Below are positions 29,794 through 39,217 of a stretch of DNA of 64,000 nucleotides, piece by piece; position 1 is the first letter of the stretch; each line of letters starts with the position of its first letter. The position numbers were made by a program, and so were the translations under genes. The stretch spans positions 416,001 to 480,000 of the forward strand of contig CAWAMW010000007.1 in NCBI GenBank assembly GCA_963783305.1, read 5' to 3'. The stretch is from an uncultured Gemmatimonadales bacterium (GTDB lineage: Bacteria > Gemmatimonadota > Gemmatimonadetes > Longimicrobiales > RSA9). A model generated the notes under the pieces. That model did no database searches and was not told the origin of the DNA. It saw only the letters and a list, made by a program, of their open reading frames with translations.

Positions 29794-31664
29794 TCGACGC
29801 GCTCCTCGGATTGTTCGGCGCCACGCCCGTGCCTGCCAGCTCGCCGGCGCCCGCGTCCTCGACCTTCGGCTCTCTTCTCGACGCGATCCTGACGACGCAG
29901 CCATCCGAGACGACCGCTGCCGGGGACGGAGCGCTCGCGAACGGGAGCCGGCTGTCCGGGCTCGTCGCGGCTACGCCCGATCCGGACATGGCCAAGCTCT
30001 CGCCGGAGCTCCGCTCCCGGCTCGCGCGGGTGATGGCGCGGATGAGCGCGGAGCACGGCCACGACGTGCGGGTCGTCGAAGGACTGCGGAGCGGCGCCCG
30101 GCAGGAATACCTCTATGCCCAGGGACGTGAACGTCCGGGTCCGGTGGTGACGTGGACGCGCGAGTCGCGTCACGAGAGCGGGCGGGCAGCCGACCTGATC
30201 GTGGACGGCAGCTACGACAACGCCGAGGCCTATCGCACGCTCCAGCGGGTCGCCCGTGAGGAAGGGCTCCATACGCTGGGGATGACCGACCCGGGCCACG
30301 TCGAGCTGACCGGCGTCAGCCAGGACGGGAGGGAGAGGGCAGCACACGGGGGCACGGTCCCGCCTGGAGCGGAGGGGCTCGCGGCCGGACTGGCCGCCGC
30401 CCGCACCGCAGCCGCGCCTTCACGGATCGCGTCCTCGGCACGCCCTGTGGCCCGCGCGCGGACGGCCGCGACCGCAGCGCCCGCCACGCCCGCCGTCGTG
30501 GCCCGGGTGGCCACGCCCGCGACGGCCGGAACCAGGGCGGTCCGCAGGGCGCGATCCGGGGACGGCAGGGCCGCGGGTTCCGTCGCCCCCGCGGTCGGTC
30601 ATCCGGCCGGCAGGGGGGAGCCGCGGCATCCCGCGCCTGGCGCCGGCGCCGAAGCCGCCGCTCCCGCCACAGCCCTCCTCTCCGGCGACACTCCGCGCGC
30701 ATTCGGCACGCGGGGGAATGGTGCGGAGCTCCCGATTGCGGCGACTGGGGAAGGATTCCAGCCCCCGCAGCGTCCAGCCATGTCGGCGCCGGCGCCGGGA
30801 GTCGTGCGGTCGCCGCTGACCAGTGCCATCGTCGGCTCGGCCCACGGGGGTGAACCGGACGCCCGCGGGCGGAGCCGCAGCGCCGTCTCCCTGGAGGGGG
30901 CGGAAGAGGTGGAGGGGGTGGTTGAGGTCCGCTCGACCGACTCGCGGACGCCGCGCACTCACCGTGCGCCTCTTGCCACCCAGGCCGCAGCAGAGCTTAC
31001 CGGCGCCAACGGATCCCTTAACACGGGACTCCGCGCCCGGCGCTCTCCCCGCCACGAGCCGGTGCGCGCCGAGGGCGATACTGAGGAGCACGTGCGGCCT
31101 GGCGAGGCCACGGACCGCGGGGTCAGCCGCGAGGCAGCGCACGATACCACGCCCATTGCGGCGCCCCGCCATCAGATGGAGCCCACGCGTCCCGACGCCG
31201 ATGGGCTGAGGGCCCCGAGAGTGCGGCCGCTCGAGCCGGTACAGCCCGGCGCCCGGATCGACGCGATAGACGCTCTGCGCGAGCAGGCGCGGTCGCAGCC
31301 TCTGCACCGCGTGTCGCTGCGGGTGGGCGAGGGCGCGGATGCGGCCCGGGTGAGAGTGGACCTGCGAGGAGACCGGGTGCAGGCCGAAATGGCCACCGAC
31401 TCCGACCGTCTTGCGACACGGCTGCGCCACGAGACGCCGGAGCTCGGTCGCACGCTCGAGCGGCAGGGTATCGAGGTCGACGCCCTCCGCGTCCGGCAGG
31501 GGGACCGTGTCGTCCCCGAGGCGGTGGTGATGCGCTCGGTGGAAGCGTCGCGATCGTCGGATCGCGAGTCGTCGCAGCGTGACCGGGACGGCTCGGCACA
31601 AGGGCAGCATGAACACGGGCGGGAACGACCCCGTCGGGAACGAGACCAGGAGAAACACCAATGA
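29790..31664 (+). CDS. fliK: Hook-length control protein FliK fused to an N-terminal M15-family metallopeptidase domain
   Basis: Residues about 67-173 carry EGLRS..RQ..LYAQGR..PGPVVT..SRH-x6-D...DPGHVE. An Ala/Pro-rich linker follows, then a C-terminal Flg_hook-like domain (RVSLRV..RVRVDLRGDRVQAEMAT..LRHETPELGRTLERQGIEV). Directly upstream of flgD. Confidence 0.8.
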   Translation: MIDALLGLFGATPVPASSPAPASSTFGSLLDAILTTQPSETTAAGDGALANGSRLSGLVAATPDPDMAKLSPELRSRLARVMARMSAEHGHDVRVVEGLRSGARQEYLYAQGRERPGPVVTWTRESRHESGRAADLIVDGSYDNAEAYRTLQRVAREEGLHTLGMTDPGHVELTGVSQDGRERAAHGGTVPPGAEGLAAGLAAARTAAAPSRIASSARPVARARTAATAAPATPAVVARVATPATAGTRAVRRARSGDGRAAGSVAPAVGHPAGRGEPRHPAPGAGAEAAAPATALLSGDTPRAFGTRGNGAELPIAATGEGFQPPQRPAMSAPAPGVVRSPLTSAIVGSAHGGEPDARGRSRSAVSLEGAEEVEGVVEVRSTDSRTPRTHRAPLATQAAAELTGANGSLNTGLRARRSPRHEPVRAEGDTEEHVRPGEATDRGVSREAAHDTTPIAAPRHQMEPTRPDADGLRAPRVRPLEPVQPGARIDAIDALREQARSQPLHRVSLRVGEGADAARVRVDLRGDRVQAEMATDSDRLATRLRHETPELGRTLERQGIEVDALRVRQGDRVVPEAVVMRSVEASRSSDRESSQRDRDGSAQGQHEHGRERPRRERDQEKHQ

Positions 31665-32320
31665 TCGAAGGAATCAGCGGGATGGGGGCGCCATCGGTAG
31701 GCGGCATGTTCACGCCGGCGGGCGGCACCATGGGGAAGGAGGAGTTCCTCCAGCTCCTGGTGGCGCAGCTGAACAACCAGGACCCCATGAACCCCATGGA
31801 GAGCCAGGAGTTCGCCGCACAGCTCGCGCAGTTCTCGAGCGTCGAGCAGCTCATGAACGTGAACACGCAGCTGGCCGACCAGGCGGCGTACACTTCGGCG
31901 CTCGCCCAGGCCATGAACAGCAGCTCCGCGGTGGGCGTGCTGGGGCGTGACGTGCTGGCGGTGGGCGACGCCGTGAGCGTCACCGGCGGCGCGGCCGCGG
32001 TGGAGGTCGATGTGGGCGGCACCGGCGGCACGGCCCGGGTCCGGATCTTCGACGAGCAGGACCGGCTCGTTGGGGAGGTCGATGCGGGGTCCGTGGGCGG
32101 TGGACGCCAGACGCTGGCATTGACGGGGCTGGAGTCGCTGGATGATGGCGCGTACCGCTACGAGGTCGAGGTGATCGACTCGGCGGGACAGGAAGTATCC
32201 ACCACGAGCCTCGTATCGGGGACCGTGTCGGCGGTGAAGTACGAGATGAACGGTCCGGTCCTCATGATCGGGGCGATGACGATTCCACTCAGCGCTGTCA
32301 TCGAAGTCAGCGCCAACTGA
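31661..32320 (+). CDS. flgD: Hook capping protein FlgD
   Basis: FLQLLVAQLNNQDPMNPM and AQLAQFSSVEQL motifs. Confidence 0.95.
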   Translation: MIEGISGMGAPSVGGMFTPAGGTMGKEEFLQLLVAQLNNQDPMNPMESQEFAAQLAQFSSVEQLMNVNTQLADQAAYTSALAQAMNSSSAVGVLGRDVLAVGDAVSVTGGAAAVEVDVGGTGGTARVRIFDEQDRLVGEVDAGSVGGGRQTLALTGLESLDDGAYRYEVEVIDSAGQEVSTTSLVSGTVSAVKYEMNGPVLMIGAMTIPLSAVIEVSAN

Positions 32321-32334
32321 AGGGGCAACACACC

Positions 32335-33702
32335 ATGATGCGATCGCTCTTCGCCGGCGTGTCCGGCCTGCGCAACCACCAGGTCCGGATGGACGTGATC
32401 GGCAACAACATCGCCAACGTGAACACGGTGGCGTTCAAGTCCTCCCGCGTGACGTTCAAGGAAGCGTTCGCCCAGATGGTCCAGGGCGCCAGCCGCCCGG
32501 CGGGCAACGCCTCGAGCGTCAGCGGCGGCACCAACCCGATCCAGGTCGGGCTGGGCATGAACATCGGCAGCGTCGATCTCCTGTTCACCCAGGGGAACCT
32601 GGAGAACACCGGCGTCACCACCGACCTCGCCATCCAGGGCGACGCGTTCTTCGTCGTCTCCGACGGCCGCAAGAGCTTCTTCACCCGCTCGGGCAACTTC
32701 CAGCTCGACGCCGATGGCCGCCTGGTGGCCTCGACCAACGGGTTCGTCGTGCAGGGCCGGGTCCTCAACAACAACGGCGAGCTCTCCGACACCATCGGCG
32801 ACATCGTCCTCCCGTTCGGGCAGAAGTCGTCGGCGAAGACCACCACCAGCCTGAAGATCGGCGGCAACCTGGACGCCGAGGTCGCGGCGGGCGAGGACTC
32901 CATCCGCGAGACCACCATGGTGGTGTACGACTCCATGGGCGTGGAGCAGGAGCTGAGCATCACCTTCGAGCGCTCCGCGGCCCCGGATACCGTCAGCCTC
33001 CCCGGTGGCACGAGCCAGGGCCAGGTCTGGTCGTATTCGGTCACGGTCGACGGCGCCCCCGTCGATGCGACCGCCGGCGGCACCGGATACGCGGTCTTCG
33101 ACAACGAAGGGCGTCTCCTCCACACGGCTCGCACCGCCGACCTCGCCGGTACACTCCAGGCTGAGATCGACGGCCTCCCTGTGAACGCCGACGGAGATGC
33201 CATCGGGAACGCGGAGCAGTTCGTCACCATGGCCGCCGGCAACGACATCGAGCTCGATTTCGGCGAGCCCCTGGCGATCTCCGGCCTCTCCCAGTTCGCG
33301 GGAGCCTCCACGGCCGTGGCCCGTGAGCAGGACGGCTACACCATGGGCCAGCTCGAGCGGATCGGAATCGACCAGAGCGGCATCATCACCGGTGCCTTCA
33401 CCAACGGCGTCAACCTCACCCTCGGTCAGCTGGTCCTGGCCGACTTCAACAACCCCACCGGCCTGATCCGCGCCGGCGACAACGCCTACACCACGTCCGC
33501 CAACTCCGGCGCCGCCGTCCTCGGGTTCGCCGGCGAGGGCAGCCAGTCGGTCGTGACCTCGGGAGCCCTGGAGATGTCCAATGTCGACCTCGCCCAGGAG
33601 TTCACCAGCATGATCACCGCTCAGCGCGGCTTCCAGTCGAACGCTCGCGTGATCACCTCCTCCGACGAGATGCTCCAGGAGCTGGTCAACCTGAAGCGGT
33701 AG
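32335..33702 (+). CDS. flgE: Flagellar hook protein FlgE
   Basis: GNNIANVNTVAFK and LEMSNVDLAQEFTSMITAQRGFQSN motifs. Confidence 0.95.
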   Translation: MMRSLFAGVSGLRNHQVRMDVIGNNIANVNTVAFKSSRVTFKEAFAQMVQGASRPAGNASSVSGGTNPIQVGLGMNIGSVDLLFTQGNLENTGVTTDLAIQGDAFFVVSDGRKSFFTRSGNFQLDADGRLVASTNGFVVQGRVLNNNGELSDTIGDIVLPFGQKSSAKTTTSLKIGGNLDAEVAAGEDSIRETTMVVYDSMGVEQELSITFERSAAPDTVSLPGGTSQGQVWSYSVTVDGAPVDATAGGTGYAVFDNEGRLLHTARTADLAGTLQAEIDGLPVNADGDAIGNAEQFVTMAAGNDIELDFGEPLAISGLSQFAGASTAVAREQDGYTMGQLERIGIDQSGIITGAFTNGVNLTLGQLVLADFNNPTGLIRAGDNAYTTSANSGAAVLGFAGEGSQSVVTSGALEMSNVDLAQEFTSMITAQRGFQSNARVITSSDEMLQELVNLKR

Positions 33703-33740
33703 GCACGGGGGCGCTCACCGCGCACCCACGATCCCCGGCA

Positions 33741-33780
33741 AGGCCGGATGCCACACCCGTGGCGTCCGGCCTCTTCCGTT
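33741..33780 (+). terminator. Terminator after flgE
   Basis: AGGCCGGATGCCAC-accc-GTGGCGTCCGGCCT hairpin with pyrimidine tail. Confidence 0.65.
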
Positions 33781-33831
33781 GGGACCGTTCGGGAGCTCCG
33801 CCGGCGCCCCTTCCGATCCCACCGTCCATCC

Positions 33832-33870
33832 CGGCAACATCGACCGCCCGAGGTCGGCAGAAGCTTCCCG
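33832..33870. promoter_or_regulatory. Paired enhancer-like CGGCA sites upstream of fliL
   Basis: CGGCAACATCGACCG (33832) and CGGCAGAAGCTTCCCG (33855), resembling the flgB pair. Confidence 0.45.
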
Positions 33871-33977
33871 TGCGCCCTCCGTAGATCTCCCCACTGCGGC
33901 GTGGGGAAACTCCCCACGTGCCGTCGCAGAGCGTTGTGCGACAACGACTTTCAATGGTGGCCTCGAGGGTCGAAACA

Positions 33978-33992
33978 TGGTACGGGACCTGC
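33978..33992 (+). promoter_or_regulatory. Sigma54 -24/-12 promoter of the fliL operon
   Basis: TGGTAC-GGGAC-CTGC (GG-N10-GC). Confidence 0.6.
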
Positions 33993-34044
33993 CCCTGTCG
34001 GAGCCGGAAGATCAATCCAGCACCCGGAACCAGACATACACGAG

Positions 34045-34560
34045 ATGGCGGACGACGAAGTCCTGGATGAGGGGGAGACCCCTGCGGAAGCGGCTCCACG
34101 CGGTGGCGGCCTGGTTGCGAGCGCCATCGTGGTGGGAACCCTCGTGGTGGGAGGGATCCTGGGGTTGATCGTGGTGGGGCCGGCGGCGGCGGAGCGGCTC
34201 TCGGGTGCTTCGGCGGCCTCGGCGGACTCGGCGTCGGAACACGAAGCCGTGGCCGAGGTGGTGGAGAGCTACACGCTGGAGAGCCTCGTACTGAACCCCG
34301 CGGACAGCAAGGGGACGCGTTTCCTGATGGTTTCGGTGGTGGTGACGGTGACGGGCGCTCATGGGGCGGACGTCCTGGGTCAACGGGATGCGGAGATCCG
34401 GGACCTGTTGATGTCGCTGCTGGGAGCGAAGACGGTGGACGAGCTGACCGACGTCCGGATGCGCGCAGGGATCAAGGACGAGATCCGGACGGCGATCGCT
34501 TCGCTGGTCCCCACCCGCGAGGTCCGTGACGTGTACCTCCCGACCTTCGTGATCCAGTAG
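34045..34560 (+). CDS. fliL: Flagellar basal body-associated protein FliL
   Basis: Single TM, LVLNPAD, EIRDLL and VYLPTFVIQ. Confidence 0.9.
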   Translation: MADDEVLDEGETPAEAAPRGGGLVASAIVVGTLVVGGILGLIVVGPAAAERLSGASAASADSASEHEAVAEVVESYTLESLVLNPADSKGTRFLMVSVVVTVTGAHGADVLGQRDAEIRDLLMSLLGAKTVDELTDVRMRAGIKDEIRTAIASLVPTREVRDVYLPTFVIQ

Positions 34561-35562
34561 ATGAGCAACCAGGCGCTGTCCCAGGACGAGATCGACGCGC
34601 TGTTCAAGGGCGGACCGGAGGAGCCGGCCGCCCCGCCCCCGCACCGGAGCGAGCCGGAAGCGCGCCTGTACGATTTCCGGCGTCCCAGCCGCGTGTCGAA
34701 GGACCGGCAGCGCACGCTCGAGGGCATGTATGGCGCGTTGACGAAGGCGACGGAGGGGTGGCTCGCCAGTCGGGTGCGCGCGCAGGTCGAAGTTCACCTC
34801 AAGGCGGTAGAGCAGCTCACGTTCGGCGAGTTCGTCCTGTCGCTCCCCGACCCGTGTGCCTCGTTCGTTTTCAACATCGGCGCTCCGGGCGGACCCCAGG
34901 CGGTGATCGACATCGGCCGGGAGTTCGCGTTCTACTCGGTCGAGCGATTTCTCGGGAGCTCGACGGAGATGTACGTGCCGGACCGAACCCTGACGGTCCT
35001 GGAGCGGCGGGTAGTGCGCATCGTGGCCGAGCGGCTGGCCGGTCAGGTCCGTGAAATCTGGTCGGACCACGCGAACATCGATCTACGCCTGGCCCGGTTC
35101 GAGGCCGTGCCCGACATGCTGCAGGCCGCCAACCGCGAGGACCCGATGCTCGTGGCCAACCTCGAGGTTCGGTTCAAGGGCTACACGAGCGCGGTCCTGA
35201 TCTGTCTTCCGTTCACGGTCCTGGACGAGTTCTTCGCCACGACGGCCAGCGTCCGGGTTCGAAACAGCACTGCCGGGGAGAGGGAGAGTCAGGCGGACCG
35301 CACCGGCATTACGGCGAGCCTGCGATGGGCCTCCGTGCCCGTGGCCGTCCGCCTGCCGTCGTTCGAGTTGACTCTGAGGGATGTGACCCAGCTGCGGCCT
35401 GGCGGGACCCTGGTCACCGGGATATCCAGGACCGCGCAGGTGGACGTGATGATCGGCGGACGGACCCGCTACACCGGGTTCGTGGGAACGACCAACGATG
35501 CGCTGGCCGTGCAGATTCTGGACACGGTCCAGCAGGGCGAAGAGGAGGAGGAGAATGTCTGA
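34561..35562 (+). CDS. fliM: Flagellar motor switch protein FliM
   Basis: CheY-binding LSQDEIDAL, YDFRRP and a C-terminal SpoA domain. Confidence 0.95.
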   Translation: MSNQALSQDEIDALFKGGPEEPAAPPPHRSEPEARLYDFRRPSRVSKDRQRTLEGMYGALTKATEGWLASRVRAQVEVHLKAVEQLTFGEFVLSLPDPCASFVFNIGAPGGPQAVIDIGREFAFYSVERFLGSSTEMYVPDRTLTVLERRVVRIVAERLAGQVREIWSDHANIDLRLARFEAVPDMLQAANREDPMLVANLEVRFKGYTSAVLICLPFTVLDEFFATTASVRVRNSTAGERESQADRTGITASLRWASVPVAVRLPSFELTLRDVTQLRPGGTLVTGISRTAQVDVMIGGRTRYTGFVGTTNDALAVQILDTVQQGEEEEENV

Positions 35563-35902
35563 ACCATCCGAGATGGCGGCCGGCACGGCCATGCAGGAAG
35601 CGGCGTCGGTGGCCGAGTTTGCGGAGATCCAGGAGGCCGAGGGCCCCGCCCACGAGGGTCCGCTCTCGATGCTGTACGACCTCACCATGCCCATCGCCAT
35701 TGAGCTGGGCCGGACGAAAATGACCGTCCAGGAGTTGCTGACGCTGGGCCGCGGCTCGGTGATCCACCTCGACCGGCTCGCGGGCGAGCCCATGGATGTG
35801 TACGTGGGCGATCGCCGGTTCGCGGAGGGTGAAGTCGTGGTGATCGGAGAGCAGTTCGGGATCCGGATCACCCGCGTGCTGTCCCAGGAAAGCAGGGCCT
35901 AG
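35555..35902 (+). CDS. fliN: Flagellar motor switch protein FliN
   Basis: IELGRTKMT, GSVIHLDRLAGEP and GEVVVIGEQFGIRIT motifs. Confidence 0.95.
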   Translation: MSEPSEMAAGTAMQEAASVAEFAEIQEAEGPAHEGPLSMLYDLTMPIAIELGRTKMTVQELLTLGRGSVIHLDRLAGEPMDVYVGDRRFAEGEVVVIGEQFGIRITRVLSQESRA

Positions 35903-35910
35903 GCAGCCGC

Positions 35911-37101
35911 ATGACGCCGGCCTCTCTCTTCCTGGTCCTCGGGGCGCTCAGCCTCGTCCTCGCGCTGATCGCCCTGGGCGTTCGGCTGCTGAAGGGCGCG
36001 GGCGTGGCTCACGCTGACACGGTCCCGATGCGTGTGGTGGGGCGCGTGGGCCTGGGTCCGCGGCAGGGACTGGCCACCGTTCGCGTGGGCCGGCGCCTCA
36101 TGGTGGTATCCGTGGGCGAGGGCGGGGTGCGGCACGTCTGCGACATGGAACCCGACGGAGCGCTGGCCGAGTCGGCCACCACCGACTCGCTCGACGCCGG
36201 CCCCGCGCACAGCGTGATCCCGGGACCCTGGCGGCGCCTGATCCGGGCGGGAGGAGGGGCGCTCGTGCTGGCGCTGCTGCTCGCAGGACCCGGAGCGTCC
36301 GGGGCGGCCGCGCAGGGGGTCGCCCCCCCGGCCGTGGGCTCCGCCCCAGCGGGCGGACAGGGCGTCGGCGTGCAGGACGTGTCGCCCGGGGAGGCACCCG
36401 CGCCGGACGCCCTCTCAGCGCTCAGTGATGCGCTCCCGGACATGCAGCTCGCGGTGGGCGACGAGGAGGGGCTCCGGCTGTCGGGAACGGTGGGGACCGT
36501 TCTCGTCATCGGGCTCCTCGCCATGCTGCCCACGCTCCTGCTCCTCATGACCAGCTTCACCCGGATCCTGGTGGTGCTGCACTTCCTCCGGCAGGCGCTC
36601 GGGACGCAGACGGCGCCGCCCACGCAGATGATCGCGGCGCTCGCGCTCCTGCTCACCGCATTCGTCATGGCGCCGACCCTGGGACGTGTGAATGAGACCG
36701 CGATCCGGCCGTGGACGGACGGGCAGATGGACGAGGTCGCCATGATGGCCGCGGCCGCCGGACCCTTCCGGGAGTTCATGGCCATCCACGTTCGGGAGTC
36801 GGACCTGGCCACGTTCGTGAACATGTCCACGGCGCCTGCGCCCCAGACCATCGACGACGTGCCGCTCATCACGCTCGTCTCGGCGTTCGCCATCAGCGAG
36901 CTCCGCACCGCGTTCCAGATCGGGTTCGTCCTGTTCCTGCCGTTCCTGGTCATCGACCTGGTGGTGGCGGCGGTCCTCATGAGCCTGGGCATGTTCATGC
37001 TGCCTCCGGTCATGGTCTCGCTCCCGTTCAAGCTGCTGCTCTTCGTGCTCGTGGACGGCTGGGCGCTCGTGATCCAGAGCCTCGTGGCGAGCTTCGGGTG
37101 A
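35911..37101 (+). CDS. fliP: FliO-FliP fusion (flagellar export gate)
   Basis: N-terminal FliO-like part (TM plus MRVVGRVGLGPRQGLATVRVGRRLMVVSVG) in frame with FliP (MTSFTRILVVL, ISELRTAFQIG, LPFKLLLFVLVDGW). Confidence 0.9.
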   Translation: MTPASLFLVLGALSLVLALIALGVRLLKGAGVAHADTVPMRVVGRVGLGPRQGLATVRVGRRLMVVSVGEGGVRHVCDMEPDGALAESATTDSLDAGPAHSVIPGPWRRLIRAGGGALVLALLLAGPGASGAAAQGVAPPAVGSAPAGGQGVGVQDVSPGEAPAPDALSALSDALPDMQLAVGDEEGLRLSGTVGTVLVIGLLAMLPTLLLLMTSFTRILVVLHFLRQALGTQTAPPTQMIAALALLLTAFVMAPTLGRVNETAIRPWTDGQMDEVAMMAAAAGPFREFMAIHVRESDLATFVNMSTAPAPQTIDDVPLITLVSAFAISELRTAFQIGFVLFLPFLVIDLVVAAVLMSLGMFMLPPVMVSLPFKLLLFVLVDGWALVIQSLVASFG

Positions 37102-37111
37102 GGGTGCAACC

Positions 37112-37381
37112 ATGCCGATGAACCTCGTCCTCGACCTGACGCGCGACGCGCTCTTCCAGACGCTACTGCTGGCCGGGCCCCTCCTGGGCGTCTCCCTCGT
37201 GGTTGGGCTCATCATCGCCATTGTCCAGGCCGTGACCCAGATCCAGGAGCAGACCCTCACGTTCGTCCCCAAGCTCGTGGCCGTGGGACTCACGCTCATG
37301 TTCCTCTTCTCCTGGATGCTCAATTCCGCCGTCCGCTACACGCGGGAGCTGATCATGGGGATCGCGGGGCTCGGCACGTGA
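37112..37381 (+). CDS. fliQ: Flagellar export protein FliQ
   Basis: QAVTQIQEQTLTFVPK motif. Confidence 0.95.
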   Translation: MPMNLVLDLTRDALFQTLLLAGPLLGVSLVVGLIIAIVQAVTQIQEQTLTFVPKLVAVGLTLMFLFSWMLNSAVRYTRELIMGIAGLGT

Positions 37382-38133
37382 GCGTTCTGACCCTCGGACT
37401 GGGCGGCGCCGCCCTCGTGGCCATGCGCGTGACGGGGCTCATGCTCATCGCGCCGGTCTTTTCGAGCCGCGCCATCCCCGGGGCCGTGCGTGTGGGCCTG
37501 GTCCTCGCCCTCACCGCTTTCCTGGTCCCGGGCGTGAGCGGTGTGGAGCCCTCGCTCTCCGGCATGGCCACGGAGCTCGTGGTGGGCGTGGTCATCGGCC
37601 TCGGCGCCGCGTTCGTGATCGCGGCCGCCGAGTTTGCGGGCGACCTTCTGGCCGTCCAGATCGGCCTCTCCGGGGCGTCGACGCTGGACGTGATGAATCA
37701 GACCTCGCTGCCCGTTCTGGGTCAGTTCACACAGCTGTTCATGATCATGCTTCTCCTCGCCTTCGACGGCCACCTCCTCATGGTGGGGGCGCTCCAGGAG
37801 AGCTTCACCACCATCCCGGCCGGCGGCGCCCTCGATCTGGCGGCTGGACTCCCCGGGATCGTTCTGGCGGGCAGCGTGGTGTTCGCCCGGGGGCTCCAGT
37901 TCGCCGCACCGGTCGTGGCGGCCATCACCCTGACCAACGTCGGGCTCGGTGTTCTCGCCCGCACGGTGCCGCAGCTGAACGTCCTCATGATGGCGTTCCC
38001 GATCCAGATCGCGCTCGGGCTCGCCACCCTGGGGCTCACGCTCCCCCACATCGCGGTGGGTCAGAGCGACTGGGCCGTCGGCTACCTCGCGTGGCTCGAG
38101 CAGGCCCTGTCAGGGCTCCAGGGAGGTCGCTGA
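37378..38133 (+). CDS. fliR: Flagellar export protein FliR
   Basis: Multi-TM; APVFS, DGHL and RTVPQLNV..FP motifs. Confidence 0.93.
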   Translation: MSVLTLGLGGAALVAMRVTGLMLIAPVFSSRAIPGAVRVGLVLALTAFLVPGVSGVEPSLSGMATELVVGVVIGLGAAFVIAAAEFAGDLLAVQIGLSGASTLDVMNQTSLPVLGQFTQLFMIMLLLAFDGHLLMVGALQESFTTIPAGGALDLAAGLPGIVLAGSVVFARGLQFAAPVVAAITLTNVGLGVLARTVPQLNVLMMAFPIQIALGLATLGLTLPHIAVGQSDWAVGYLAWLEQALSGLQGGR

Positions 38134-38134
38134 C

Positions 38135-39217
38135 ATGTCCGACGGCAGCTTCCAGGAGAAGACCGAGGCCCCGACTCCGCGGAAACGGCAGGAGGCGCGC
38201 ACCGAGGGGCAGGTCCCGCGCAGCCAGGAGCTCACGACGGCGATCATGCTTCTCGCCGGCGGCGGTGTCGTGGCCGTGGCGGGCGCACCGCTGGGAGCCG
38301 CGTGCGGCGATATGCTGCGAGCGCTGGTCCTCGCCAGCTCTACTCCACCCTCGACCGTGGAGGACGCCCGCGCCCTCTTCTCGGTTCTGGGCGGGAACAT
38401 GGCGGCCGCGCTGGTGCCGGTGCTGGGCATCCTCGCCGCCACGGCCGGCTCGGTGGCGGCTCTTCAGGCGCGGGGCGTCCTCACCACGAAGCCCCTCATG
38501 CCCAAGTTCGAGCGGATCGCCCCCCATTCGAACATCAAGCGGATGTACGGGGTGAAGCCCTGGGCGGACCTGGCGAAGTCGCTGCTCAAGCTCACGGTCA
38601 TCGGCGTGGTGCTCTATCCGGTGATGAGAGATGCCCTCGCGGAGGTGGGTGAGCTGGCCACCCGATCGCCCGTGGCGCTCGCGGAGCTGATCCAGCGGCA
38701 GGCGGTACGGCTGCTGGTGTCCGCCGGGCTGGCGTACCTGGTCGTCGCGCTCGCCGACTACGCCTACCAGCTCTGGCAGCACGAGAAGCAGCTGAAGATG
38801 AGCAAGGAGGAGGTGAAGCGGGAGCAGAAGGAGCAGGATGGGGATTCCATGCTGAAGGCGCGGCGCAGGAGCATGGGCCGGGAGCGGGCGCGGCAGCGGA
38901 TGTTCGACCGGCTGCCGGGCGCCGACCTGATCGTCACCAACCCCACGCACATCGCCGTGGCGCTGCGGTACCGGCCGGAGGAATCGCCGGCACCCATCAT
39001 CGTGGCCATGGGCGAGCGGAAGGTGGCGGAGCGTATCAAGGCCATGGGCCGGGATCTCGGGATCCCCGTGCTTGAGAACAAGCCCCTCGCGCGTGCGCTT
39101 CTGGCCGCCGGAGCGGTTGGGGCCGCGATCCCCACCGAGCTCTACGTGGCGGTGGCCGAGGTGCTGGCCTTCGTGATCCGCCAGCGCAAGGCCGCGGGCC
39201 TCTCGGAGGTGGTCTGA
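38135..39217 (+). CDS. flhB: Flagellar export switch protein FlhB
   Basis: EKTEAPTPRK and the autocleavage motif NPTH. Confidence 0.95.
   Translation: MSDGSFQEKTEAPTPRKRQEARTEGQVPRSQELTTAIMLLAGGGVVAVAGAPLGAACGDMLRALVLASSTPPSTVEDARALFSVLGGNMAAALVPVLGILAATAGSVAALQARGVLTTKPLMPKFERIAPHSNIKRMYGVKPWADLAKSLLKLTVIGVVLYPVMRDALAEVGELATRSPVALAELIQRQAVRLLVSAGLAYLVVALADYAYQLWQHEKQLKMSKEEVKREQKEQDGDSMLKARRRSMGRERARQRMFDRLPGADLIVTNPTHIAVALRYRPEESPAPIIVAMGERKVAERIKAMGRDLGIPVLENKPLARALLAAGAVGAAIPTELYVAVAEVLAFVIRQRKAAGLSEVV

Noticed and set aside
29988..30308. Prophage endolysin remnant
   Set aside because: In frame within an operonic flagellar gene coupled to both neighbours; no phage genes nearby.
33703..34044. 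Riboswitch or sRNA in the flgE-fliL gap
   Set aside because: The gap is explained by a terminator, enhancer-like sites and a sigma54 promoter; I could not recognise a c-di-GMP riboswitch consensus by eye (an Infernal/Rfam scan would settle it).
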